From Meyerozyma guilliermondii (lineage: Eukaryota): a stretch of 64,000 nucleotides of DNA. Under the pieces are notes generated by a model. That model did no database searches, was not told the origin of the DNA, and saw only the letters and a list, made by a program, of their open reading frames with translations. Of this stretch, positions 1 to 10,158 are shown piece after piece. Both the position numbers and the translations under genes were made by a program. Location of the stretch: the NCBI GenBank assembly GCA_051546255.1, contig CP128819.1, positions 558,001 through 622,000 on the forward strand, written 5' to 3'. The stretch's first letter is position 1; each line of letters starts with the position of its first letter.

Positions 1-1
1 C

Positions 2-592
2 AGTGCTAACGAAGACCATAACGCCTACTTGTGGGACATGAGAAAACTCGATCGATCCCTTAATGTGTACAAGAATCATGTTTCTGCAGTGATGGACGTT
101 GACTTCTCTCCTACTGGTGAGGAGGTGGTTACCGGATCCTACGACAAGACACTTCGTATCTTCAGAACCAGAGAAGGACATCTGAGAGAGATCTACCACA
201 CCAAGAGAATGCAGCATATTTTTTCAGTTAGCTACACCACTGATGCTCGGTACATATTGTCAGGGTCTGACGATACCAATGTTAGAGTATGGCGAACCAA
301 TGCCTCAGATAGACTGGCTATCAAGTCGGCTAGACACCGGTCTAAGCTTGAATACGATGCAGCCTTAAAGGAAAGATTCAAGCATATGCCTGAAATCAAG
401 CGTATTGCGAGACACCGTCACTTGCCTACGGTGGTGAAGAAGGCAGGTGAGATCAAGAGGGTGGAATTAGAGGCTTTGAAGAGAAGAGAAGATAACGATA
501 GAAGACACTCTCGGCCTGGATCCAAGCCGTACATTCCTGAAAGACGCAAGCATGTAAGAGGCACGGCGATCAAGGATGATGGAGAAAAGTAG
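2..592 (+). CDS. SOF1: U3 snoRNP WD40 protein Sof1, 3' part (5' end outside window)
   Basis: Frame open from base 2 (SANEDHNAYLWDMR); WD repeats plus Sof1 C-terminal motif 'YHTKRMQH...EIKRIARHRHLP'. Confidence 0.93.
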   Translation, partial: SANEDHNAYLWDMRKLDRSLNVYKNHVSAVMDVDFSPTGEEVVTGSYDKTLRIFRTREGHLREIYHTKRMQHIFSVSYTTDARYILSGSDDTNVRVWRTNASDRLAIKSARHRSKLEYDAALKERFKHMPEIKRIARHRHLPTVVKKAGEIKRVELEALKRREDNDRRHSRPGSKPYIPERRKHVRGTAIKDDGEK

Positions 593-630
593 GATGAAGA
601 GAATTGGTTGAATTTGAGACATGAATGTTG

Positions 631-763
631 AGCTGAAATTCAGCGAAACATGAAGATGCTAAAATTTAAGCAGAATGTGAAGAAGCTAAATTCAGCGGAC
701 TATCGAAGAAGCAAAGTTCAAGCAGAATGTTCAAGAAGCTGAAATTTAAGCGGAATATGAAGA
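631..763. repeat. Degenerate intergenic minisatellite, ~5 copies of a 25-28 bp unit
   Basis: Units agctgaaattcagcgaaacatgaag / tgctaaaatttaagcagaatgtgaaga / agctaaattcagcggactatcgaaga / agcaaagttcaagcagaatgttcaaga / agctgaaatttaagcggaatatgaaga. Confidence 0.75.
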
Positions 764-1320
764 ATTTTTAAGTTCCAGAAGAACAAAGAATTCAACGATT
801 AAAGATTCAGTATTGACACTCGACTTTGAAGAAGCTACAATTGAAAAGCTGATTTCGAAAACCAATGTGAAGAAAAAGAGGAAGAAGATAATAACGATGA
901 GCATTTGGGAGTTCTTCGACCCTCACCATTGGACTCCACTTTTACAATTTCCATTTCAGTCTGCCCGAGCCCTGCATCCGCCGCAGATGCCGAACCTCAG
1001 CCCCGCGCAACTGTCAATGAGCCAATAGCGCCGCGGCGAATCCAACGGCCAATTTGCACCCATATATCAATGCCCATTTCTTGTAACGTTCATACCATGT
1101 AGCCCTTTTTCGAACAGCTTTTGAGTAGTATCACCTTCTTGACTCCATTGCAGTTGTTCTTTTCCAATGGTTTGGTCTGCCGTGAAAGCACCGCCAGTGC
1201 ACCAGCATTGCACCTCCATGCCTCACCCGACACTCGTTTCCTAAACCCTGTCAGCAAGTGTAGAATACCTATAAACACAAAAAAGACGGTTTAGGGTGCA
1301 AAGTCTGCTACAAGAGGGCC

Positions 1321-3237
1321 ATGCCGGACAAGCACAAGCTCAAACTTTTTTCTTTCAAACACCAGTCCGGTGATGACGAACTAGGTCCAGAGTTGTCCAA
1401 TCAGCTGACGCACGGCCGCAAGTTTTTGGGGTTCCATATCGGCCGCCACGAGTCAGGCGAACTGCTAACGTCGCCTACGCTTACGAACTCACTGGATATG
1501 GCCCATGGGCACGTTAATCATGGCGGTGGGGCAAATGGAACCGGTCCTGGAATTGGTCCATCTCCAGCGACTCTGGCAGCGCAATCTCCTGGATCTCCCA
1601 ACCATAATGGTCCACCTTCCAAGTCATCGTCTATGGTGGAACTCAAGCGTTTTTTCAAGCCGGCAAAGAAAGCTCCAACAAAAACTTACGATAACAAAAT
1701 ACACTCACCTCCCACTCTCGCCGGTGCGGGCCAACCCAACCATATTGCCCACGGCTCACAACTGCATGCTTCGCTAGCCAATCTCATCAGCCAGACGTCG
1801 TCGCAACTCTTACACAGTGCAGTGACGTCCAGCAATAAGGATCCGTTGACGGATGACGAATCGCATCTTGTGAAAAAATACGGTAAGGTGGGAAAGGAAC
1901 TTGGTTCTGGAGCGGGAGGCTCGGTCAAATTGATTGTCAGACCTTCTGATGGACGAACGTTTGCCGTTAAAGAATTTCGGCCTCGCCGTAGTACCGAATC
2001 TATGAAGGATTATACCCGTAAGTGCACGGCCGAATATTGCATTGGGTCCACCCTCCGTCATCCCAACATCATCAAAACCATTGACATTCTCTTGGAGAAT
2101 AACCGATACTTTGAAATCATGGAGTATGCCCCAATAGACTTCTTTGCCGTTGTTATGAGTGGACGTATGTCTCGTGCCGAGATCAATTGTTGCATGAAAC
2201 AAATCATCGAGGGAGTTTCTTACTTGCACAGTTTGGGGCTTGCTCACCGTGACTTGAAGCTCGATAACTGTGTATTGTCGGATGAAGGTATTTTGAAGAT
2301 TATCGATTTTGGAAGTGCGGTCATTTTCAAGTACCCATACGACCAACATGGAGGTAAAGATACCGTCCATCCTGCCCATGGAATCGTGGGTTCGGATCCT
2401 TATCTTGCACCCGAGGTACTCAAATCCCCCAATTCATATAGTCCTCAGCCGGTTGACCTTTGGTCCATTGCCATAATTTACTGCTGTATGACACTCAAGA
2501 GGTTTCCTTGGAAAATTCCCAACTCAGAAAAGGACAATTCTTTCAGGCTCTACTCGATGAAGGACGACAGCTGGCATGACTACGCCTTGAGCAACGAGTG
2601 CCACAAGTTGCTACTTCAACAGCGTCGGTTGAAAAATATGTTGAAGCAGCGCGAAGAAGAAAGCAACGAAACCGGCGACAAGAATATGGAAGAATCCGAA
2701 CCTCCTACGGAAGACGACGACCGAGAACAGACCCCAGACGAGAAGCACGCCAACGCTGGGGACGGAAATTCTCCATTACCAACCACATACACCATCGAAA
2801 CCATCCGCGCCCATATCGCTTCCATCGATGCCAAGTTAAAAGAATATGAAGCAATCAAAACCGAAATGAAAGCCAAGTACGCCGAGCATAAACGAGACCA
2901 TGAAGAGAAGGAGGAACCACCTGCTGAAGAAGAAGGGTCTCGTAGAAAGAAACACAAACAAATCCACGGACCTTATCGACTTTTACGGTTACTACCCCAT
3001 GCATCTCGACCTATAATACACCGCATGCTTCAAATAGATCCGAACAAGCGTGCTTCTTTGGAGGAAATTTTGAATGACGAATGGATCAAGGATATTCGGT
3101 GCTGCACACTCAAGCTGGTAGCACGAAGCGGTGAGAACGAAGGTGCCGGATTCGAGGAAGATGAAGACGAAATCTTTGTCCGCGGTGTTCCAGAACACGA
3201 GCACACCACCGTCATAGAAAATGAAGAGCCTCAATGA
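1321..3237 (+). CDS. HRK1: Hal4/Npr1-family Ser/Thr kinase, Hrk1-like
   Basis: GSGAGGSVK, CTAEYCIGSTL, HRDLKLDN, DFGSAV, GIVGSDPYLAPE; charged insertion in the C-lobe. Confidence 0.8.
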   Translation: MPDKHKLKLFSFKHQSGDDELGPELSNQLTHGRKFLGFHIGRHESGELLTSPTLTNSLDMAHGHVNHGGGANGTGPGIGPSPATLAAQSPGSPNHNGPPSKSSSMVELKRFFKPAKKAPTKTYDNKIHSPPTLAGAGQPNHIAHGSQLHASLANLISQTSSQLLHSAVTSSNKDPLTDDESHLVKKYGKVGKELGSGAGGSVKLIVRPSDGRTFAVKEFRPRRSTESMKDYTRKCTAEYCIGSTLRHPNIIKTIDILLENNRYFEIMEYAPIDFFAVVMSGRMSRAEINCCMKQIIEGVSYLHSLGLAHRDLKLDNCVLSDEGILKIIDFGSAVIFKYPYDQHGGKDTVHPAHGIVGSDPYLAPEVLKSPNSYSPQPVDLWSIAIIYCCMTLKRFPWKIPNSEKDNSFRLYSMKDDSWHDYALSNECHKLLLQQRRLKNMLKQREEESNETGDKNMEESEPPTEDDDREQTPDEKHANAGDGNSPLPTTYTIETIRAHIASIDAKLKEYEAIKTEMKAKYAEHKRDHEEKEEPPAEEEGSRRKKHKQIHGPYRLLRLLPHASRPIIHRMLQIDPNKRASLEEILNDEWIKDIRCCTLKLVARSGENEGAGFEEDEDEIFVRGVPEHEHTTVIENEEPQ

Positions 3238-3395
3238 ACTCAATTGAGTAATGTCAATTGAAAAACCCAATCGAAGACTTATAGTCGCAGTATACGTAAT
3301 TAATAGACACAAGTCCTATACCTGTCCATCGGTGTTGTCCGGCACATAGTCGGCCTCGTTATCATTTGACATTCTCATTACCAGACACTAGTAAA

Positions 3396-4130
3396 ATGCC
3401 ACATCCTCCAGTTAACCCCACCAGGATCAAAACAACGCTCAAGATGGCTATCAGCAAGCTCAAGTTTGTACAAGAGAAGAAAACTGCTCTTACAAAACAA
3501 CAAAGAAGACAATTGGCTGATATTCTCAAATTGGGAAAAGAAACCAGTGCTGAAATCCGAGTTGAAAACATCATTAGAGACGATGTTTATGTTGAGCTTC
3601 TCGAGTACATGGAATTGTATTGTGAACTTTTGTTAGCAAGAATTGTGTCGATTTCTGACTTGACCAGAACGACTGTGGATCCCGGAATTGAAGAGGCTGT
3701 CAGTTCAGTGATTTATGCTGCTCCTCATTCGGAACTCAAAGAAATGACAATGCTACGTGACATGTTCCATGTTCGGTACGGTGACGAGTACTTTAAATCG
3801 GCCGTTGACAACGAAAATGGAAAAGTTCCTGAGAAGATTTTGAAGAGATGCCTGGTTGAACCGCCACCAGAAAGTCTTGTTATCTTGTACTTGAGTGAAA
3901 TTGCACGAACCTACGATGCGCCATACTCCAAGATGATCGTCAATGACAAAGACGACGACGATGATGAACCAAGTGGAGGAGAAGCCCTCAAGGAAAAAGA
4001 GAACGAGAAAAAATTAGAAAATCCTATTGGCGAAATTGCCGAGTCTAAACCACAATCGGCAGCTAAGAAAGACCAGCAGGACTTTGATCAGCTCAAGGCA
4101 AGATTTGCTGCATTGAAAGGAGGAAAATAA
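3396..4130 (+). CDS. IST1: ESCRT-III-associated regulator of Vps4, Ist1
   Basis: 'AEIRVENIIRDD..ELLEYMELYCELLLAR'; C-terminal MIM 'DFDQLKARFAALK'; ATG at 3396. Confidence 0.92.
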   Translation: MPHPPVNPTRIKTTLKMAISKLKFVQEKKTALTKQQRRQLADILKLGKETSAEIRVENIIRDDVYVELLEYMELYCELLLARIVSISDLTRTTVDPGIEEAVSSVIYAAPHSELKEMTMLRDMFHVRYGDEYFKSAVDNENGKVPEKILKRCLVEPPPESLVILYLSEIARTYDAPYSKMIVNDKDDDDDEPSGGEALKEKENEKKLENPIGEIAESKPQSAAKKDQQDFDQLKARFAALKGGK

Positions 4131-4212
4131 TGTCACTAATAGTCCATCCCCACAATGTCGTGCATCGCACCAAAGTTGAGCATTTAGCGATGTTTTGATA
4201 GAGGTGACATTC

Positions 4213-5736
4213 ATGTCAATATTGAGCCCCCGACAACAGCAGGAGCTAAATCGGGCCATAGTTCAGTATATTGGAAAGATCATAAGTGATAATTCCGAAA
4301 ATCTTGAACATGGCGAGAAAAACGGAGTTTTACAACACCAAGATTTGGTTGATAAAGTTGCCAACCTTCTTGATGTTCCTACATCATCGGAAGACTTGAC
4401 AACCAATTATCTCGAAAAAAAATGGTCTACAGTCTTACGACTCCAAAGGAAGATTATGGATTTGACCGATGAAGTTTCCAACCTCAAAACCATTATAGAA
4501 GCCAAACATGCTAATGGTGGCTCCGAAATCAGTAAAGACAAGATCAATTGGCTCCCAACATCCGTATTTAAGACCTTTCCTACCCAAACACACCAATCAG
4601 TCAACACTGTGGCAGTCCATCCATACCTACCACTAATCATGGCGGGCTGCAGTGACGGCACCTTATCAGTATGGAACATAGCCAACGACGATCCACTGAT
4701 CCCAGAAAAGTCGATACGAGCTCATAGTCGTGCGGTCAATCGAATACGATGGCTGAACAGTCCCGTAGAGCTATCTGTGAAGGCTGGCGCGAGCAACAAG
4801 CTGTACATATTTGCATCATGTTCGTCTGATCTTTCGATTAAAATTTGGGACGGGAATTCTAACTCTCAAATCCGAATACTTACGGGCCACGACCACACCG
4901 TTTCTTCAATTGCATTTCTGCCCTCGAAACCATCAATACTATACTCTGTTTCGCGGGATAAAACCACCAAAATCTGGGATTCCACCAATGGCTACTGCAC
5001 AAGAACCTTTATTGGCCATAGTGACTGGGTGAGAGACTTGGATGTTATTGCGGCCAAGCAGAAGTCGCTCGGCGACTTTATACTAACGTGCTCGAACGAC
5101 CAATCTGTAAGGTTATCACACGCCGACTCAGGTACTGGCTTATGTCTTTTGGTTGGACACTCGCATGTTATTGAGCTGGTGAGATTTTTACCTATGCATT
5201 CCAATGCTCATATCGACAAATATTTGAAGGAAAACTCCGACAGATTTCCTTCTATGCCGCCTGAACTCGTTTCTGCGCCCATATATGACGATGTTTTAGG
5301 TTACAAATACTGTGTTTCCGCTGGAAGGGACAACATTGTTAAACTCTGGCTCATGCCTCCGGCAGTCGTGAGACCTAACGCCCACCCACTACCTGCTGCA
5401 ACCAATAACTCACAAGGCTGGCATATAGCCGACTTGACAGGCCATCAGTCGTGGGTGAAGACACTACAAGTGCACCCTAATGGGCGGTTTATATTCAGCG
5501 CAGGCGACGATAAATCTATAAGAGTTTGGGATCTTTCGACACTCGCCACTGGTGGCCGAGTAACCGAAGTAAAGAAGCTCATGAAACACGAAGGCTTCGT
5601 CAACGATATCAACGCGGCTCCATTGAGTGAGCCAAAGGATACGACGAATGAAGACATCTTGCAAGATATAGAGAGTCGTATGAGATGTGTATTTGTGAGT
5701 GGAGGTACAGATAACACCGTTCGTCTTTGGAGTTAA
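4213..5736 (+). CDS. PAC1: LIS1/NudF dynein regulator (LisH + coiled coil + WD40)
   Basis: 'LEKKWSTVLRLQRKIMDL' followed by WD40 repeats; ATG at 4213. Confidence 0.9.
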   Translation: MSILSPRQQQELNRAIVQYIGKIISDNSENLEHGEKNGVLQHQDLVDKVANLLDVPTSSEDLTTNYLEKKWSTVLRLQRKIMDLTDEVSNLKTIIEAKHANGGSEISKDKINWLPTSVFKTFPTQTHQSVNTVAVHPYLPLIMAGCSDGTLSVWNIANDDPLIPEKSIRAHSRAVNRIRWLNSPVELSVKAGASNKLYIFASCSSDLSIKIWDGNSNSQIRILTGHDHTVSSIAFLPSKPSILYSVSRDKTTKIWDSTNGYCTRTFIGHSDWVRDLDVIAAKQKSLGDFILTCSNDQSVRLSHADSGTGLCLLVGHSHVIELVRFLPMHSNAHIDKYLKENSDRFPSMPPELVSAPIYDDVLGYKYCVSAGRDNIVKLWLMPPAVVRPNAHPLPAATNNSQGWHIADLTGHQSWVKTLQVHPNGRFIFSAGDDKSIRVWDLSTLATGGRVTEVKKLMKHEGFVNDINAAPLSEPKDTTNEDILQDIESRMRCVFVSGGTDNTVRLWS

Positions 5737-6701
5737 ACTTTTTCAATGAAGTTCGATGGTGCTCTTTGAGCCCACTCGGTCCAGCTTCCATCATAGACTC
5801 GAATTGGTAATTTTGTGCCTAATACGATTTCTAGCGCTAGTTTCAAGATGACAGCAGTTACACCTGTTCCACACATCACTATGATTCCTTTCTTGCTTTG
5901 GGAGTTTTTCAAGTCAATTCCATACTCGCTCTGGAGAAGCGCTTGCAACTCTTCACCGGACTTGTATGTCTTGTCTTCATTTAGAACCTTGCCAAATGGG
6001 AGCGAGAGAGCAGAAGGAACATGCCCCGAAGAAAGACCGGGTCTAGGTTCTGGATCTGTACCGTCAAAACGGCCTTTTGATCTCGCGTCAAAGACAAAGT
6101 AATCCTTTGCAAGTTGTCCTGATTTAACAAGCTCCAACAATTCCTCATACTCAATCACCTGTTGGCTGTATTTGGTTTTGAACTCTTCATCTGAAAGTGC
6201 TGAGTATGACGAAGTGGAAGCACCTGGCACACCCACGTCCGTCACCGGTGTATTGTCCAAAGGATACTCGGCCTTCTTGTAAGTTAGATAGTTATCCATC
6301 AAATAAACCTTCTTGTGGCCGTAAAGTGATAAAGTCCATGCTACTCGAGGACCCGAAAATATACCTGATTTGTCGTAAACCACAACGGTATCGGAATTTT
6401 TGATGCCCAATTTGGACATTTCCTGAATGTATACCGATTGTGGAGGGAGCATGTGGGGGTACTTTGAGTCTGGAAGCGCCACTTTGTCTAAATCAAAGAA
6501 AGCGGCTCCCTTCATTCGCTGCTCTTCCAAGAACTGTTTTCTACCATTGTGGGGTGAGTTGGGCATATACCATGTTGCGTCCAAGGGAACAACCTTAGCA
6601 CCTTCTACAGAGCTGGAAAGTAATGCTCTGAATGCCGAGGGAGTGACGGTGGACAAAAGTTGTTTCGACATTTTGGTGAATACAAAACTCCGATTCCGCA
6701 T
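5733..6701 (-). CDS. TUM1: Tandem-rhodanese thiosulfate/3-mercaptopyruvate sulfurtransferase
   Basis: DATWYMP, PHMLP, EPRPGLSSGHVP, CGTGVTA, YDGSWTEW; second ATG at 6671. Confidence 0.92.
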   Translation of the reverse strand: MRNRSFVFTKMSKQLLSTVTPSAFRALLSSSVEGAKVVPLDATWYMPNSPHNGRKQFLEEQRMKGAAFFDLDKVALPDSKYPHMLPPQSVYIQEMSKLGIKNSDTVVVYDKSGIFSGPRVAWTLSLYGHKKVYLMDNYLTYKKAEYPLDNTPVTDVGVPGASTSSYSALSDEEFKTKYSQQVIEYEELLELVKSGQLAKDYFVFDARSKGRFDGTDPEPRPGLSSGHVPSALSLPFGKVLNEDKTYKSGEELQALLQSEYGIDLKNSQSKKGIIVMCGTGVTAVILKLALEIVLGTKLPIRVYDGSWTEWAQRAPSNFIEKV

Positions 6702-6747
6702 TTGAGATTATCAGATTATATAACCTATGGCTAAAACACGTTTTTTG

Positions 6748-8799
6748 TCACTTGCCAGAACTAAAAACATCACCGAACCTAGAAGTGTCTGCTTTCATGA
6801 ACTCCCGAAGTGCCATTGTGGCATACGAGCTGACAGGTAATTGCATCGTCAAAACAACTCCAGTGCGCTCACCTTCTTGATGGTCAATTTCTCTAGCGAC
6901 GTTTTCCTCACCATCTTTTTTCAACCGAGTCAATTCCAAGTCAGTCCTCACCATGGGCTCATTGGGATCATCGTACTTGACAATCTTATATGAAAGATTT
7001 GTAGGTTTGCCCATAATGTGTCTGTAAGAACCAGCAAGTGAAAATTCACGCACACGGCGATTCATTTTTAGCGGATCAAGTCCATCTTTGGCCATCACTT
7101 CGGTGTAGACTTGCATCAACTTTTCGTTCGTGGGATACAAGATATCAAACCCAGGAGTTGGGAGTACAATGTCGTAAATTGTGTAAGTTGAGGCTGCAAT
7201 ATCCTCCTCTGTAAGTGGCCTGGCTCTCACAAATTTGGACGTTACAACATCTTCCTCGAAGTCTTCACCATCAACATCCTTCTCCTGAGCTGGGGCCTCG
7301 TTTTGAACCAAAACCAAATCTCCAACCTGAACGTCCATGCCAAACATTTCGAAACGTTTGGATACAACCAAGTTCCAGATATATGACTGATAGGCGTGAG
7401 CATACATGATGCGCAAATTGCGAGGAATGGCCATAATACTCTTGAAATAGGAGTTCGAACCATAATCTTCGTTTTTGTCAAGCCTCTCTTTTTCTAAAAC
7501 ACTCAAAATCGAGTACTCGGCAGTGCATCGACGAGGCATCTTTTTCAAAGTCAACGATGGATTACGGGTTTCTGCCCAACAAGCTCTTGCGTCGATCGAT
7601 TCAGGGGCCACGATTTCCTGTTCCGATAACACAAGGTCCACGGCTCCCTTCCAGTCTTCCTGTAGAATCTTTATACCGAGCTCGTGGGTGGAGATTGAAA
7701 AAGTACCAAATCTTTGCATACCGTAGTAATTGATGAAACCTTTTTGTTGCAACGAATTAAAACATTTCTCTATGATGGTCTCAACGCTGTCCTTGTCATT
7801 GAACGGTTTAACGTCCCGGATAGTAATAACAAACTCGTTTCCCTTCAAGTCTCCAAGACCCAAGGGTAAATCCTCATAAGTAAATCCTCCCAAGACAACA
7901 TTTTTCAAACCTTTATTAAGTGAAGAAACTCGGGCAACTTTACCTTTCAGAATCGAAAACCTTTGACATGTCACACCACGACGGTCCTTGGTACCAGCAT
8001 AACCAATGTTTTTTGATGGAATCCTGAGAAATTTAGAAATAGTGGATGCAACTTCCATGGTTTCTCTGTTCTCCTTATATACTGTGAAATGAAGATAATT
8101 TTTGAAAGGTCCCAATCCGTAGTTTACCACCCCGTTTTCATCGACGTGGTTGATGCTCTCTTGTGGGTTTCTTCTTCTTGCTGAGTTATTACGAGCAAGT
8201 GCAATTCTGAAGGTGTTTTCAGGTGTTGTAACCGTCTCCAATTTGGACTGGAATGCTTGTCGAAGCAATTGATGTAAAGTTGTACGGGTCTGCTTGTCTT
8301 CAAATTTTGTTTGGGTCTCCATTTTGTCTCCAGAATTGAAAAGCAGCTCGATTTGATTCAATTCGGCTTCTGTTATAAGTTTAAGCAATTTTTCTTTGTC
8401 CTCTGAAGAAAGCTCATATTTGGGTTGCTGTTCAAGTTCTTGCTTTTTCTGTTCCTTTATACGTTCCACTTCCTCCGCTGTCTTTCCTTGGAGTTCTGAT
8501 CTCTCTTCCTGTCTTTTTTCGAGGTTTCTTTCCCGTTTTGTCTTTCCTAAATTGATACCTTCATCAACAAGATGAACAACATTGTTGCTTAAATCGATTT
8601 CGTTCACCAAAAAATCACAATAACGCTGCTTGATGGAGCCATAGAAACCACCACTGCGGTTTTCCTCATTTATGTATTGAGTTATTCCGACTTGTTTTTC
8701 TTCTACAACTTTGCCAGTTCGGTCAATTTTCACCCTCTTGTGGTCAATTGAAGGAGCAGCTTCTGAGGCTCTCTTACCACTGTTAACACTTTCTGTCAT
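6748..8799 (-). CDS. PUS7: TruD-family pseudouridine synthase Pus7
   Basis: YAGTKDRRGVT, GFINYYGMQRFG, SSYATMALRE; ATG at 8799. Confidence 0.95.
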   Translation of the reverse strand: MTESVNSGKRASEAAPSIDHKRVKIDRTGKVVEEKQVGITQYINEENRSGGFYGSIKQRYCDFLVNEIDLSNNVVHLVDEGINLGKTKRERNLEKRQEERSELQGKTAEEVERIKEQKKQELEQQPKYELSSEDKEKLLKLITEAELNQIELLFNSGDKMETQTKFEDKQTRTTLHQLLRQAFQSKLETVTTPENTFRIALARNNSARRRNPQESINHVDENGVVNYGLGPFKNYLHFTVYKENRETMEVASTISKFLRIPSKNIGYAGTKDRRGVTCQRFSILKGKVARVSSLNKGLKNVVLGGFTYEDLPLGLGDLKGNEFVITIRDVKPFNDKDSVETIIEKCFNSLQQKGFINYYGMQRFGTFSISTHELGIKILQEDWKGAVDLVLSEQEIVAPESIDARACWAETRNPSLTLKKMPRRCTAEYSILSVLEKERLDKNEDYGSNSYFKSIMAIPRNLRIMYAHAYQSYIWNLVVSKRFEMFGMDVQVGDLVLVQNEAPAQEKDVDGEDFEEDVVTSKFVRARPLTEEDIAASTYTIYDIVLPTPGFDILYPTNEKLMQVYTEVMAKDGLDPLKMNRRVREFSLAGSYRHIMGKPTNLSYKIVKYDDPNEPMVRTDLELTRLKKDGEENVAREIDHQEGERTGVVLTMQLPVSSYATMALREFMKADTSRFGDVFSSGK

Positions 8800-8879
8800 T
8801 ATTCTAAAGGGATTCAATATTCGTTTCCCCAATACGGATAGTTATTGTCTAATAAATTTCATGAATTAGTCAGTAGTCT

Positions 8880-8890
8880 GCGATGAGATG
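8880..8890. promoter_or_regulatory. PAC element (ribosome-biogenesis regulon) upstream of PUS7
   Basis: GCGATGAGATG ~80 bp upstream of the PUS7 ATG. Confidence 0.6.
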
Positions 8891-9128
8891 AAATTTGTGC
8901 GAGCAGAATTTATCAAAATTCAACCTTTAATTTTGAAATGGAGAACATTTAGACTTATATCGAGGCAAAAGATACAACGGATTAACATATAATGGATTTA
9001 GTCGTAATGTAATGTCATTGACAATTTTTTCAGTTTTTTCAAAAATGAAAATCTGGAAAATCCTTCTGTTTGTGGCTACAAATTTACAAATATAATCAGC
9101 TACTTTATTTTCTTCTACTTTATTTGCT

Positions 9129-10001
9129 ATGAACCAATACACTGCTAGCCATTTTCCGCGTGTGATTCCTACCTTTGCTAATCTTCTTGACTCTTCATCT
9201 AGCAGAGCTGGCCTATACAACCTTGCTAAGAGAGCCCAATCATGGCTTCATGGCTCAAGACAAAGCCGAAGTTTAATCCTAAGTCTGGATTACAATGTGC
9301 ACAGCGGACTGAACACTGCTGATGCAGAGGCACAATTGTATACAATTTTCAACGAGCCATCCCAAAGGGTCGTTGTTGTGTACAGCAAAAAGCGGCTTGA
9401 GCTTCGCAGTCTTCTTGAGCAAGTGCGTGGAGGTCCATTAGAAAAAGTGCACGAAAAAAAAGATAGGGACTCCCACTTGGTAGAAATCCATTTCTTGAGT
9501 CCTCATGATGCCCAAGAGTTTTACAACTATTGCACGAAGACTCGTTTTTTCCTCGTGAACGGTAGTCGATTATGGGTGGAATGGGACCTGTCGTATAAAA
9601 AGCGGTTTCCCATGCCCATGTTGATCCCGCCATTCGTGCTCAACCAGATCAACATGTTTGGTGCTTCCAGGTGCTTATTGATCACCAAACCGATGTTTGG
9701 CAAGCATAGTAAGCGAATTGGATCGCATATGTTTTACCCGCAACCACCCAGGAATTTTCTTTATGAGCACTTGAATTTCGAGGAATTGCGTAAAGAATTG
9801 GAGCAGTATGGGTCAGTGATTGATATCACCCCCATGGTGTCGGTAAATGTCAGTATCTGCGTTCACTTTGCAGATATTCGGTCAGCCATTCTTGTCAAAA
9901 AAGATGTCGAGGTACCGGGAACTCCAGCCAACAAAGCATGTGCGTCATTAACCGTGACTTATTATAAGGATCCCTGTGATCAGAAATGCTATGTTATATA
10001 G
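9129..10001 (+). CDS. RRM-like protein, probable sporulation-specific Ssp2 homologue
   Basis: Two degenerate RRM-like segments ('GASRCLLI...HFADIRSAI...YYKDPC'); PUS7 and SSP2 are neighbours in S. cerevisiae. Confidence 0.55.
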   Translation: MNQYTASHFPRVIPTFANLLDSSSSRAGLYNLAKRAQSWLHGSRQSRSLILSLDYNVHSGLNTADAEAQLYTIFNEPSQRVVVVYSKKRLELRSLLEQVRGGPLEKVHEKKDRDSHLVEIHFLSPHDAQEFYNYCTKTRFFLVNGSRLWVEWDLSYKKRFPMPMLIPPFVLNQINMFGASRCLLITKPMFGKHSKRIGSHMFYPQPPRNFLYEHLNFEELRKELEQYGSVIDITPMVSVNVSICVHFADIRSAILVKKDVEVPGTPANKACASLTVTYYKDPCDQKCYVI

Positions 10002-10158
10002 TTGATGGGCATCAAATTCGCAGCCGTTAGTTAGCTGCAACCCTGCACAGTATGACTGCACAATGCAACCACTTTTACTAAATAGGAAATCTGTCAACAG
10101 CATGCGCGAACAACTCGTTTATCTGCAAATATCAACTTGTCTTTTTCATCCAGCAATC

